A stretch of DNA of 64,000 bases from Botryllus schlosseri (taxonomy: Eukaryota): NCBI GenBank assembly GCA_051294905.1, contig CM119380.1, forward strand, positions 11,656,001 to 11,720,000. Direction: 5' to 3'. The translations under genes were made by a program, and so were the position numbers. Of the stretch, positions 37,883 to 50,129 are shown piece by piece (positions within the stretch are counted from its first letter, which is position 1; each line of letters opens with the position of its first letter). The notes below the pieces were generated by a model that saw only the letters and a list, made by a program, of their open reading frames with translations, did not search any database and was not told the DNA's origin.

Positions 37883-38897
37883 CTATTGGAACGATAATAT
37901 GGTCATAAAAGCAATAAGATCTCGTCAAGGGATTCTTAATAACGAGCCACGCAAAGAGTATATTGAGACAGACCGCAGAGCCATTTCAAAAATTTATATG
38001 TTGTTGAAAAGTTTAATTATTCGTTTCACATTTAATCACATTCTTAGATTTGTTTCACTCAAGTAATTTTCGCGACCGACTCTCTTCTCCGTTACACGTC
38101 AGAGTAAATCTGTAATAGGGATTCGAGGTACACGAGGGATAACTAGGCGTGCACGTGTTTGACAGCTGTCAGGAAGAACACAAGAAGTATAAGCAATGTA
38201 TATAGCCGACTAATCATGATTTCAAGAACGTCCCATAGTATTCGTGTGGCATATATGTGTAAAAAATCACTAATCCACGAATGACTTCGTCTGTTATTTG
38301 ACTTCTATGGAAAGATAACGATACTATAATTTATACAATAGCGTTACAATGTGATATGTGCGTCTCTGCATGTAGCACAGTTTATTATGATCACGTTGAT
38401 CCAGACGTGTTCAATAACGAAGTGCGTCTACTTCTTTGAATAACTCCAGCAAGTTTTCACTCCTTGCACCACTTGCACCACACAAGTATAGGATTGTTTT
38501 TAGAGTACTTTCACTTCTACGTGAAACATTTGTTGGCAAGATTTTTTCGTCATTATAAGTTTGATTTTGAAAACTATAAAGCAGTTTTTGGGTAACTTTG
38601 TATCGCTTTCATGAGTAAAATTGCCAGCGAATTCGCACGAAATAGATCCTTTAGGTTGCATTTATATTTGTAGCGCCATATCGCGTTCGTCTCGAATGAT
38701 ACATCTTATCTTATCAAATCGAGTTCCTTCCCCTACTCCACGCTCTATAGAAGTACTGAAGATGTAAGATGGGTAGTGCTAACGGTGTAATTAAGTATTA
38801 TACGATACCATATATGGACAGCAAAACTGTTGTGGAATTACTTTACGTTTGTCACTGATTACGTGTGCTCGTTGATTGTTTTCGCATGTCTCTATAC

Positions 38898-39274
38898 CAG
38901 TGGTTCCCAAACATATTCAGCTGGTGGCACACTAGAAAAATTCTAAAACGTTCGCGGCACACTTACAGGAGAAGAAAAGTTGCATTATTATTAATTATTT
39001 TCGCGTGTTAATGGGATTGTTTATAAAAACATATACGGCTGAAACGATGCTGCATTGTTGCCAAACATACGAACATTTCGTCGTCAATTTCAAAAGGCCT
39101 CTCTCGGTTACAATTATGTTCGTGCCATGTTCACATACAGGACCGAAACAGAATTCTGTTGTGTCAACCACTCTGAAAAAAACCTTGATCACGGATCCCC
39201 ATAGGGTGTTCAACTTAACTTACCCCTTTCTTCTACGAGTGATTTCATCACTTTACTTTATACATGCGATTCAC

Positions 39275-39307
<33 letters not shown>

Positions 39308-39613
39308 ATGTGTGTTGCGATATCGAAGAAGGCCCAAAATTTTTTCCCGAATGACCATCAATTATAGGTGCCTAAATGACTGGCGCAGAATGTTCCTGTC
39401 CTGGCAACGACTATATAATTGTGCTTACTTATGCACCCATCAAGGAATAGGATTTGAAAGCAGACAGTAACAGAAGTATTTTTGCATTTATGCTCATGAT
39501 TTGCGGAAGGATTTCTTGGTTATCAAGTTGATTCAACAATTATTTTCCAAAATCACCAAAAATTTCGCGGCACACCTCAGAATCTGTGGTGGCACATAGT
39601 TTATGAATCACTG
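38898..39613. mobile_element. hAT-type MITE (CAGTGGTTCCCAAAC) containing (CA)14
   Basis: Ends cagtggttcccaaac / gtttatgaatcactg; degenerate TSD ctctatac / ctcgattc; microsatellite 39277-39304. Confidence 0.6.
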
Positions 39614-39995
39614 CTCGATTCCTTCGTTAGTTATTTCGTGTGTTGTAGTTCTGTTAAGGTTTGGTCGTGAATAAACGCGGTCGCAACTTGTACCGCATCG
39701 CCTTAGCTGTGTTTAGTAGGCCTATATGATTACGGAATAGCTTTAGAGCTGTGTTTCCCAAACTTATTTCAGCTAGCGCTCCCCGGACTACGAATAAAGT
39801 GTTCGCCCCCCCAACCTCACACTCATTCCTGAACTTCACCTTCATTAGATATACCACTATACCAAGGAGGGATAAATTTTAAGCAATCAATTTGGAGGAT
39901 ATTTTCGTGAAGCCAGCGATATCGCTTCGCGAAACCTGAACGCCATCCACCTCGACGTGCAGCAAGAAGCTTTCAAATACTTCGTACTTACTCAC

Positions 39996-40127
39996 AATGA
40001 ACTACGATTTCTAGGGATTCTGTCGACTGCTGAATTTGTCCATTGAAGGACGCGACAACATCGCAAGTAACAATGAACTTTTCGAGTACAGCTGATGGAA
40101 TAGACCGACGCCCAGATCGACCGTCAA
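39996..40127 (-). CDS. Candidate internal exon (132 bp, phase 1-1)
   Basis: Strong donor |gtgagt, weak acceptor attag|; open frame DGRSGRRSIPSAVLEKFIVTCDVVASFNGQIQQSTESLEIVVH. Confidence 0.3.
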
Positions 40128-40388
40128 CTAATCATGTTGAATCGATTTTGCATTTCTTTACTGTGCATTTTTCTACCTTTTTACCAATCGTTATAACACA
40201 GAACAACAGTTTACGTGTAAATCTATATCGCTCCATTTGTTCGCAGCCCCATATACCGCTCAATTTATCACCGTCGCCCAAATCGCCCAGTTCATTCTCA
40301 GCGCCCCCTTCAGGCTCGCCAACGCCCCAGAGGGCGCCATCGCACACTTTGGAAATCACTGCTTTAGAAAAACACAACTAAAACTTAC

Positions 40389-40490
40389 CGCATCGATACT
40401 TAATGTATCCTTGTGGTTGGCCATGTATCGATAGGTTTTTACAAATTTGTCTCGAATCCTTATTACGTCTGTCGAATCCACTTTGACTCG
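40389..40490 (-). CDS. Candidate internal exon (102 bp)
   Basis: Acceptor tttccttacag| and donor |gtaagt; open in the phase 1-1 frame (SQSGFDRRNKDSRQICKNLSIHGQPQGYIKYRC) and also in phase 0. Confidence 0.4.
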
Positions 40491-40611
40491 CTGTAAGGAA
40501 AGTCATATATTTAGTAGGGATGGTGTGAACGTGATAGGTTTACGTTCGCGTTCTGATTGTGAACCTCTGGGATTTGAAGGTTCGTGTTCACCAACGAATC
40601 GTGCTAGGTAC

Positions 40612-41200
40612 TAGGGATGGTGTGAACGTGAGGTTCGCGTTCGCGTTCTGTGTGTGAACCTCGGAAATTTGGAGGTTCGCGTTCACAACAGAACCTTGGT
40701 AGGTTCTGCACTGTGAACCTTTTTTCATATATTACAATTTTCACTTCATTATAACATCTTTGGTTCAAATTTATTGCATTTCAACTACGGGCCAATCTAT
40801 GCATGGCGCTGACAGCATAAACCATCAACACTGAACAAGCATGCACGTTGACATTCTGAAAAATTTTACTTGCTTTGTTGCAAAAGTTTGCTCGAAATAT
40901 CCAGCCTTCCGTTTATGAATATTCAGTGACTCTCTGCTGTGAGCTTGACCCGCAATCACACAATATCAAGAGCGAAATACACTACATGTAGTCAGCGAAT
41001 GATGCTTATTCAAGCAATCAATGAGATTGATATCGTTTTCTGATGTAAAAAGCTAGCAAGCGTGCGGGGTCAATCTTGAAATACAGGGTTGAAATTAGCA
41101 ATGTGACGTCATGAGGTTCACGTTCGCGTTCACACAGAACCTTTCAAAAAGGTTCGCGTTCACACGAACCTGAACCTTTCAGAGGTTCACACCATCCCTA
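40612..41200. mobile_element. Same-family MITE nested inside the outer copy
   Basis: Perfect TIR tagggatggtgtgaac; exact TSD ctaggtac. Confidence 0.9.
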
Positions 41201-41487
41201 CTAGGTACTGCAATGTGAACCTTTTTCATGTAATACAATTTTTTCATGCCATTATACCGTCTTTCGTCACAATTCTTTGCATTTAACCTTCGGACCACTC
41301 TCCGCATGGCGCTGTCAGCATGAAAAGAAATTAAGCGCTAAACGAGCATGCACCATGCCGATTTCAAAAATTATTTGCTCGAAAGCTTGCTCGGAATATT
41401 CAGCTTGCCGTTTTTCAATCTTTAGTGACTCTCTGCTGTGAGCTTTGTCCGCAATCACGCAATAGCAAGAACGTAACACACTGCATG

Positions 41488-42327
41488 TGTGGCAGCCGTG
41501 CTCTATACTGCCCCTTACGTCAGTTGTAGTATTATCGCATCGTGCTTTCACTTCCTCTTTTGCCTCTGGCCGCTTCGGCGGACAGACGTATAATAAAAGC
41601 TCTGCAGCAGTTGTTGAATCGTGTGTGATCAACTACAGACGGAGGTCTGCTACAATGGCGAGCACGCTAAAAACGTTACTTCATTAATTTGGCTGCAAGT
41701 CTGAAGATTCCTGGACAGTAACGGTATGCTGAAAGTTGGCGGAAATTCGATTACGGCATTGGCTATTTGAACCGGTTGAAGAAGCAGTTTTGCATCGATA
41801 TGAGAAGTTTGAAGACTTGACTGATGGCTTCACTTCGTAATGACTGTTTCACTGGCGGAACTGATGTGAGCGCGCGTGGAGGGGATGGAGCTTGTGACTC
41901 TCCCGGTCCGATGTCATGAAGAGGGGATGGAGCATGTGACTCTCCCGTTGATGTGGCGCGGCGTTGTTAGGGTTTTAGTTTAGGGAATTGTTCACTGATG
42001 TTAGTTTAGGGTTAGTGTTCTGCTAATGTGATGCGGTCATGCGGATGTTTGCGATTTTGTTGGTGATTTTGAACTTGTCGGTTTTGATGTTGCTGTTTTT
42101 TTTTTATTGTAGTTTGTGAGAATGCTTTTATAGGCACTTCTCAAGTTTGATGGGGAATAGTGTGGCAGCCGTGCTCTATACTGCCCCTTACGTCAGTTGT
42201 AGTATTATCGCATCGTGCTTTCACTTCCTCTTTTGCCTCTGGCCGCTTTGGCGGACAGACGTATAATAAAAGCTCTGCAGCAGTTGTTGAATCGTGTGTG
42301 ATCAACTACAGACGGAGGTCTGCTACA
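41488..42327 (+). mobile_element. TRIM-like miniature LTR retroelement, copy 2 (840 bp)
   Basis: 167-bp LTRs 41488-41654 and 42161-42327 (1 mismatch, AATAAA inside); 4-bp TSD catg; PBS-like tggcgagc at 41656; PPT ggggaatag before the 3' LTR. Confidence 0.93.
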
Positions 42328-44376
42328 CATGTAGGAAGTCCGAGGTCGACTTCAGAGTTCGTATACCTAAGTGTTCGAGGTTAGGCCTAATCTAGGCTCC
42401 TCCTCGACACCTCATCCGCGTATGCGGAGTCGTACAAAAAGCCTGGAAGTGTACCGTACTACAAGTCGGCAGTTGCGGAATAAAAATGAAGAATATCGGC
42501 CTGGTGTAAATGACCATAGTAGTCGCCAAACACCTTGAATATCTCAAAACAAACAAACAAGTCCGTGAATTGTGCTTAGTCAACCAATCAGGTATTTCCA
42601 TCAACGAATTTGATCTAAATAATGCATCGATATCAAATGTAAAGACCTGTATGTTGGCTATACTGTATAACTTGATTTTGAGATAATATCCAGCGCAAGT
42701 ATAGCAACCTGTGACCGGTCTAGCCAAGCCCTCGTCGAGTTTGCGGGCAAATCGATTTTATGGAATTATTATAGCATTTAATTGTTTCAGTTGATACATT
42801 AGGTGACGTTTAAAAAGTCAGCATGTACTTCAGCTTTGTGGTATAATATGGCCTGCGAATCGTCGCTAGGTATCAGGTACATTAATATATTACTTCACGG
42901 AAATGTAGGGTTGGAATTAGCAAGATGATGTCACGTGACGTCATAGGTTCGCGTTCGCGATCACACGAGCCAGAACCTTTCAGGGGTTCACATCATCCCT
43001 AATATTTAGTGCACGCAAGCAGACATGGGGTAACCACGATTTTTAATATAATCGATTACCGCTATCACTGCATTTTGAATAATCGGACTCGAAATGGATT
43101 ACAATTTAAATTATCCAAAGTAATCTTAATAGATTATTCTGCTTGTACATTGTATAATCGATGCCTTTATGCAGCGCTGGTCATAGTCAATGTACTAACT
43201 GTTGGTGCTCAAGTAGAAGAAGAGTCTTATATTTCTACTCAATTACAAGTATGGAAGTAGCGATATCCAAGACATCTCAAAACTGTTGAAAATGATGATT
43301 TTCATATTACTTGAGACACTGTTAAATTGTTGTGTGTGTGTACGACGTGTATTCTTGTCTACTCTACGGTAATGATTCATTTTGAAAGTGTTTTGGTTTC
43401 TCGGGTGCGTTCTAGTTAATGTTATTCATGCTCGGTTATAATTGGTTTTAAACCAACTCCTCAAGTGGTAGTACGATACCTCGCTCGATGTATGCGCAGG
43501 TCTCATGTATTATATTTTGCTATGTGTGTGAATTGAATTGATATTAACAAGCGTAAGAAACGACCTCAAGCCGTAGACAAGACGGTACAGATTCAGAATT
43601 TCGTCAAAACCTACTTCCAGTCATCTTGATTGTGATTTTTGTGAATGAAATTCCTTGGATTTCAACTTCCCATCACTCTCTGAATCACGTCCGTAGAAAG
43701 AACAGAAATTGAACAAAAATATATAAGGTCAGCTTTGTATGGTCATTGGTCATAAATTATACTATATTGGAAACTTCTGCTAAACATATCACGCTGTTCT
43801 GGTTTTGAATAATGATGCCTACATAACTCGTTTCGTTCACCCCCCGTGCTTGGCATAGTAATCTATGTCTGTTGAGACTATTGTGGTCTGTGGCGAGCAC
43901 TGCAAATTATACAAAAATAGTATACATGCATATACATACATAGTAACATATAGTTGTAAAGTGTAGCTTTGACTTCTCATGTTCGCCCTAAAACGAATAG
44001 ACTGACCCCTAAGGTGCCGACGGACCCCAGGTTAATAACCCCTGCAGTAAAGTCTCTTCGTCATCATGAGTGGCATATTAAGATTGGCACCAACCGTAGG
44101 CATATTCTGATTGATTACAATCATTATTGCTCTTTCTTACATATTTTTTACAGAGAGGTTTGTTGACAAAGGGAACTGGAACTGCACTTTCCAATGCTAT
44201 TCCAATCTAACCGAAAGTTCAAGAATTTGTATCTGTATTTCTCTAGTTCCAATATGCTAATCTAATGATGTATTATTTATCTTTCTGTAGATATATGAAT
44301 GCTATATAGATATGCACAATTGCACACGCAGGGATGTAGACAGGAGTATGTGCAGCTCAAGTGCCATCATGTAGAA

Positions 44377-46832
44377 CAGTGGTCGGGAACCTTTTTCGTC
44401 CGAAGAGTCATATTGATCGTATATTTTCCATTCCAACTTCCAAAGAGCCATACCATCGATCAACTACTACGTCACAATTGAAAAATCGTGACGTCATGGT
44501 AGCGCAAATCCGAAATCTCTACATGGGATTCGTCGTTTGCACCGTATTTTCTCTGTAAAAACTTCTTTTGCAAGTTCTATATTTCTAATTGTATTGCACT
44601 GAAAGGCATATGATATTTTTCGAAGCTTGAGACAATTACCATTTAGATTTTTAACAGACGTAGACAACCAGTATGAATCTACTTGTTACACGCCTTTTAC
44701 AGGTAATGCGTCTTTTGGTGTTGCTAGCAGAGGTGGTCAAAGTAGTCAAGAAGACTACTCAAGTAGAAGTAGAAGTAGCGACGAAAAAATCTACTCAAGT
44801 ATGAGTAGAAGTACTTCTTCCATAAGCAACCCAAAACTACTTGAAGTAGAAGTAGAAATTCCTGACTAAAAATCTACTCAAGTAAGTAAGTAGTTGTGAA
44901 AACGATCGTAATTCGTTCGCGTGGATTGTCCAAAGCTGCAAATTGAGCTATGTGAAAAGTGCCGAGCTTGATTCATATTGATGCATACCTGGAGGTATCC
45001 AATTTTCGACAGCATAAGCATTCGTCCGGATTATGGAATTAAAATGATAGTATGGATATGGAAATGCGACACCAATCCTATGTTTACTCGAGCAGCACGT
45101 TTTAGAAAATATCATGGTATGGGGCACTCCCCCATATTTTAAGGCCCGTAGTTTAGTCGAAGAGCAATACGGAGAAGTTGTATAGGATACGGTGTAAACA
45201 GTTTGCGAGATTAGTAAACGGTAATAAAAAATATGGTGGATCGTAAAAATGCCATATTGTGTAGCTTTATTTCTGGAAATTAAAGGCATTACTACACTTG
45301 CTTTTATACTTCAACATGTATGTTATCCAGACCAAAGAACTGATATCAATTAGAACTCAAAGTATATGATGATGGGAATGGAAAATGAAATATACATACT
45401 ACTTCTAAAAGCGGAAAATGTATTTCATGTCTTTAGTCCAGAAAGTTTCAAAGGTGGTATGATAAAACAGCTCTTAAACTAAAAAAGTCTCACAGCCCCG
45501 TTTTACAGATTAGGACACGCCATGGACTGTTAGATTACGATATGATAAGTAGATGCTGAACATCAGTTTCAAACGTTATGATGAGCCATATATACTGTGA
45601 TGAAATATTTCATATGGACGAAGGGCGACAATGCGGTGTGAACGCCAACCAGCTACCTAAATTATATTCACCGATACGTTCGTGAAATAATACTGGTTAC
45701 TCCGTATTTACTGAGCGCGAAGCGCGAGGAAAATTCTGGACTTTACTAAACTTTTATGAAAACTAAATGTTGATACTCCGCGAAAACAGGCCCGAAATTC
45801 CTCAGGCTATCTTCCTGATCGGAGCATTAAACTACTTCTACTTGACAAACTGAAAATAGCGAAAAGTAAGTAAGTAGATCACAAAATATTACGAAGTAGA
45901 AGTAGCGAAAATCAGATCTACTTGAGTAAGTAACAGAAGTAGAGGAAAACTACTTGAGTACTTCGAAAAAGTAGAAGTACTTCGTTACTGACCACCTCTG
46001 GTTGCTAGGTATTCCTGATCGCTCTGTAGTCTGATTACGGTTAAGCTTCATACAAAATTTGAGACGTTCGTCAGCTATACGAGATCGTAGGTTCGTCTTG
46101 ATGCTATTCTTAAATGCGAGGACCCATGATGACATACCTAGCTGGAGCCAAACATGGTCACTACAGTAGTATACATGCCCACTGTAATTTGTGATACGTC
46201 GGTGAGGTGGGGTCAGGGGAGACAAGTGCGGCAGTGCCTCACCTGTTTACTAGATTTTGAACATTTTTACTACCAAAATCACACAAATTGCCTATTTATT
46301 GCTCGAAATTAAAGCGTGAAAGGAAAAGTAAGGCATAGGTGAGGCACGGTCGGGCGATGCCGTACCCGTGACAGCGCAATTGATCGTATGTATCAAATAA
46401 TTTATAATAACCGGTATCAATCGAATGTAATTGGGGCTCTGATTCCGATCCGACTTCTCAATTTCCAAGGTATTCGGTGGTGACAAAACGTTGTGCCACA
46501 CGCCCACATTTTAACAGCGACTACAAAGCTACTTTATCAATCAAGAACGTGGATAGCTATGGCGTTGTTTGTAATTTCAATTTGCATTTGTGAATGTCAC
46601 TTCCACGGTACCCTACGTACCCACGGTAGCCCTAAATACGCCACTATATTAACCTCTCAAAGACACTTTAAACTGCCACGAGAATAATTACACTGGTTGT
46701 GCTGAAGATTTAATGACAATAGTTGCTGCACTATTGATAAATTAGGCACAAAAATAGAAATTTCGCCAAGAGCCATATCTTATGCCTAAAAGAGCCATAC
46801 ATGGCTCGCGAGCCATAGGTTCCCGACCACTG
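44377..46832. mobile_element. hAT element, CAGTGGTCGGGAACC family, copy 2
   Basis: Perfect TIR; exact TSD atgtagaa. Confidence 0.9.
44728..46000. mobile_element. hAT-type element rich in agtagaagt motifs (1273 bp)
   Basis: TIR cagaggtggtca; exact TSD gttgctag; related fragments at ~430-600, 8700-9500 and 11080-11340. Confidence 0.88.
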
Positions 46833-46840
46833 ATGTAGAA

Positions 46841-47466
46841 CAGTGGTTCTCAACCTTTTGTATCCACGGTCCACAAATATGTGGTCGTGTCTTGAAAATT
46901 CACACCTTCGATATGTTTAACGAGTGCCGAAAATCCATTTCCATAAAGGTAGGTGGCGACGAATGTAATATTAACGCCTGACGAACCCGACGACAGCTTT
47001 GAGCACGATCGCAACATACATGCCACCAAAATTTGGAAGTAGATTTCTCAAAGAAGTTATCACGCCCAGACTAGTCATTTCTATATAACAGCTCATCTTG
47101 AAGATATTTTGGAATTAGTTGTTATATAGGACCTATCACAGAAGCAAATGGATTCCGTGATGAGGTTTTCATCCCCTTTTTTGAGACATACTAGAAAAAA
47201 CTATTTTCAACAAACCTCAACCAACCATCTTCAAACAGCAATATGTTTGTATCAGTAGCCTATTGGCAATTTGGAAATTAAAATGAGATTACACAGTAAG
47301 ATATTTAATCTCATACGGCCATTCTGTTGATGTGCTTACTGAAGCATTAGCAGTTTTGAAGCGAATTTGCTTCGTGATTTCCCTAATTTAAAAAAGTTAC
47401 AAATTGGTTATCAACAGTTATTTTGCAAATTTAGAGGTTTTGCGGACCCCCGGTCGAGAACCACTG
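46841..47466. mobile_element. hAT MITE (CAGTGGTTCTC)
   Basis: TIR cagtggttctc(a/g)acc; flanks atgtagaa / atctaaaa (6/8). Confidence 0.7.
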
Positions 47467-47549
47467 ATCTAAAATGTGGATTAGGTCACTTCGGCGTCAA
47501 CGTATTTTCGAACGTCGCTATGACTCACATGAACCAGGACCTTTTAGGG

Positions 47550-48272
47550 CAGGGCCGGCCAACCCGTGGCCCGCGGGCCACATGTGGCCCGCGAGACAGT
47601 TTTGAGAGGCCCGCGAGGTAATTTGCAAAATTAGTAATATTATCAAAATTGGATTGCACAGATTGTGAACTTGCAAGGCCAACCAAAAATTTGATTAGTC
47701 TGGCCGCAACTCTTGAGATTTGATGAATAAAATATCAGTTCCGACGCATTGGCAGATCCATGAGCCATTAACATTTTGGTAGATCTTCGTACACTACAAT
47801 AAAGCAGAATACTTTGCGATAGATTTATCATATGTAAAATTTAATACACGCTTCGCGCAACATGTTGTCATTCGATTTCTTGCTTTTAATATTGTTAACC
47901 CTTTGTGAAAATGAAAGAACGCCTAATGTATCAGATGGAGTGTAACTATATTCGCGATTACGAGACAAAGTGTCATTCAACATATGCGACCTTGCGTTTG
48001 CGCTTGCAGAAAGACCGTCGACTATGAAACCTAGGCCCAAAATGATTGACGCATGTTGGTCAAAGCTTCCGATATCGATATGTCCAGGCGCCGAATAGTC
48101 CATTCCTTGCAAACTGAGCCCAGCGATATACAGCAGGCCCGCAATGTAGTCAAGTGACAATATTATTGACCTATGAACTTCGAAAAAATTTTGCGCTTCG
48201 CGCGGCTAGTGGCCCGCGCAATAGTTCGTCAATCAAATGTGGCCCTTTGGCTGAAAAGGTTGGCCACCCCTG
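47550..48272. mobile_element. hAT MITE (CAGGGG..GGCCAACC)
   Basis: Ends cagggccggccaacc / ggttggccacccctg; exact TSD ttttaggg. Confidence 0.88.
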
Positions 48273-49573
48273 TTTTAGGGGCTCACACCATCTCTATTAG
48301 GGATCAATAATCTAATTGTCTAGTTCTAATCTGACCCATGGGCGATTGGAATGTAAGCAGCCCCTAAAACCCCTTTCCACACTGCAAGAAATTCTTTGGT
48401 CACTGATCAATATCGTTTAATGATCTCCAGTAAATGAACACTGCTCCGGCTTTGTAATTCACACATTATTTAATCCTGTTTTGGGGATTAAATCCACAAT
48501 ATCAATTATTTAGGGTGATGTCAACAATAGCCTTTTCATATTTATGCATCGTCAGCTACTATAATGCAATTCACACGATTGATTTGTCACCAGAGTATCA
48601 TTTACAGTCATTCTATCCTTAATATTACGTTTTGCCGGTTCCCACAGCGAATTATCTACCCAAAACAGTATATATTTCGCTGTCTGTCTGCATAGATTTC
48701 CCATATCCATGCACCCAAGAGGATTTTAATCCTTCTCTTGTGAATTCAAACTCCTTTTAGAATATCACTAACTGAAATTATACTTCTGAGTCACGCAAAA
48801 AAAAAGAAATCGCACATGCATCGGTAAGTGACTTAATAAAAAATACATCGTCGAGACAAAAATATGAAGACATATTTTATTGACGGGACTGAGTTTGTAT
48901 AATTCACTATACTTGCCTTCAGAACAAATCGGTATTTACCATATAGAATTATAGCCAGCACAGCGTTTCAGTGCTTGATATTGAAGGTATAATATTCGTC
49001 TTGTTTGTCAAAACTTTGTCGAATCGGAATCATTATGGAATTTGGGTAAGCGATATTCATCGCCTTTACAAGTTTATTCATCGCATCTTATAATCACCAG
49101 GCAAATGCGGTTGAAATCGCAGTTCTTATCGTTTTGAAGGTGTGTTCGCTCTGCACTGCATTGGGAAGCACAATGTCTGTTTATAGAATTTAACAACACC
49201 ATAGTTATAGATCGAATCGAGTGCGGACATTAGTAACTACTTACACAAATTGCTCATAGATGTATGGCCTGAGGATCCAGGAATATTTGACACTTTCTTT
49301 TTACTATTTTTATTATAACTCAGCTGACAGTGTACAAAGAAATTCATCATGGCCGCCGCCAATAATGGGAAAATAATGAAGGATTACAAACGTATGTATA
49401 TTGTATATGTAGCACCCACCGAACGCTGAATTAAGTAAGTAAGTTTTTACTGTTACTATAAGCCACTGGTTTCTAAAATTTTTAGACCGCAACCCAAATC
49501 TGAGTTTTATTGACATCTCGCGACCAAAGCGTGACACGTCAACATGAATGCATTTGAGTGTCAGTGTGCTACG

Positions 49574-50129
49574 TATGGTTACATTTGAAACAAACGGTGT
49601 TTTAAAACACTTTGTTAAAACATGTTACAGTGATTTTACCCAATGCCTTTTAAAAAATTGTTTTTTTCGAAACGTTGTATAATTAAGGCATAGTTGTGTG
49701 AATACTGTCGAAAAACAGGTAGAATGAGCCTACGGACGATTTGCGTCCAACATAGTCGACAATTGCGTTGTGGAGTGGGTGGAACCTTCGAAATCGTCGT
49801 CGGTTCAGCAGTTATAGCAAGTAGATACAGATTTTTAGTTCGGTAAGGGCGTGCTGATGATGACCGACGACCGTAATGCTGCAAAACGATGCAGTCCTTG
49901 TTAAAGGTATTTTTGTTCTGTTTATGACAGTGGTCGGAGGTCCTTTTCGTCGAAGGAGCCATATTTACCCAATATTTCCAATCGTCTATGTCAATCCACT
50001 GTGACGTCACAAATTGAGATTCGTGACGCCATCACCACAAACAAAAAACACAATAAAAACATGTTTACACTAGGGCCTTGTTTTAAACATGTTTGTTTTA
50101 AATTGATTTTTGTTTTAAACGCAACCCTA
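49574..50129. mobile_element. MITE, TAGGGTTGCATTTAAAAC family
   Basis: Homologous to the reverse complement of 33483-33905; ends ..ttttaaacgcaacccta. Confidence 0.65.

Larger units (their letters stand above)
40515..43001. mobile_element. hAT-type MITE (TAGGGATGGTGTGAAC), outer copy
   Basis: TIR tagggatg(g/a)tgtgaac; exact TSD atatttag. Confidence 0.88.

Noticed and set aside
43615-43680. Upstream first exon (ATG ACT GGA A|gtaggt) for the candidate gene
   Set aside because: Phase-compatible, but only three codons with no independent support.
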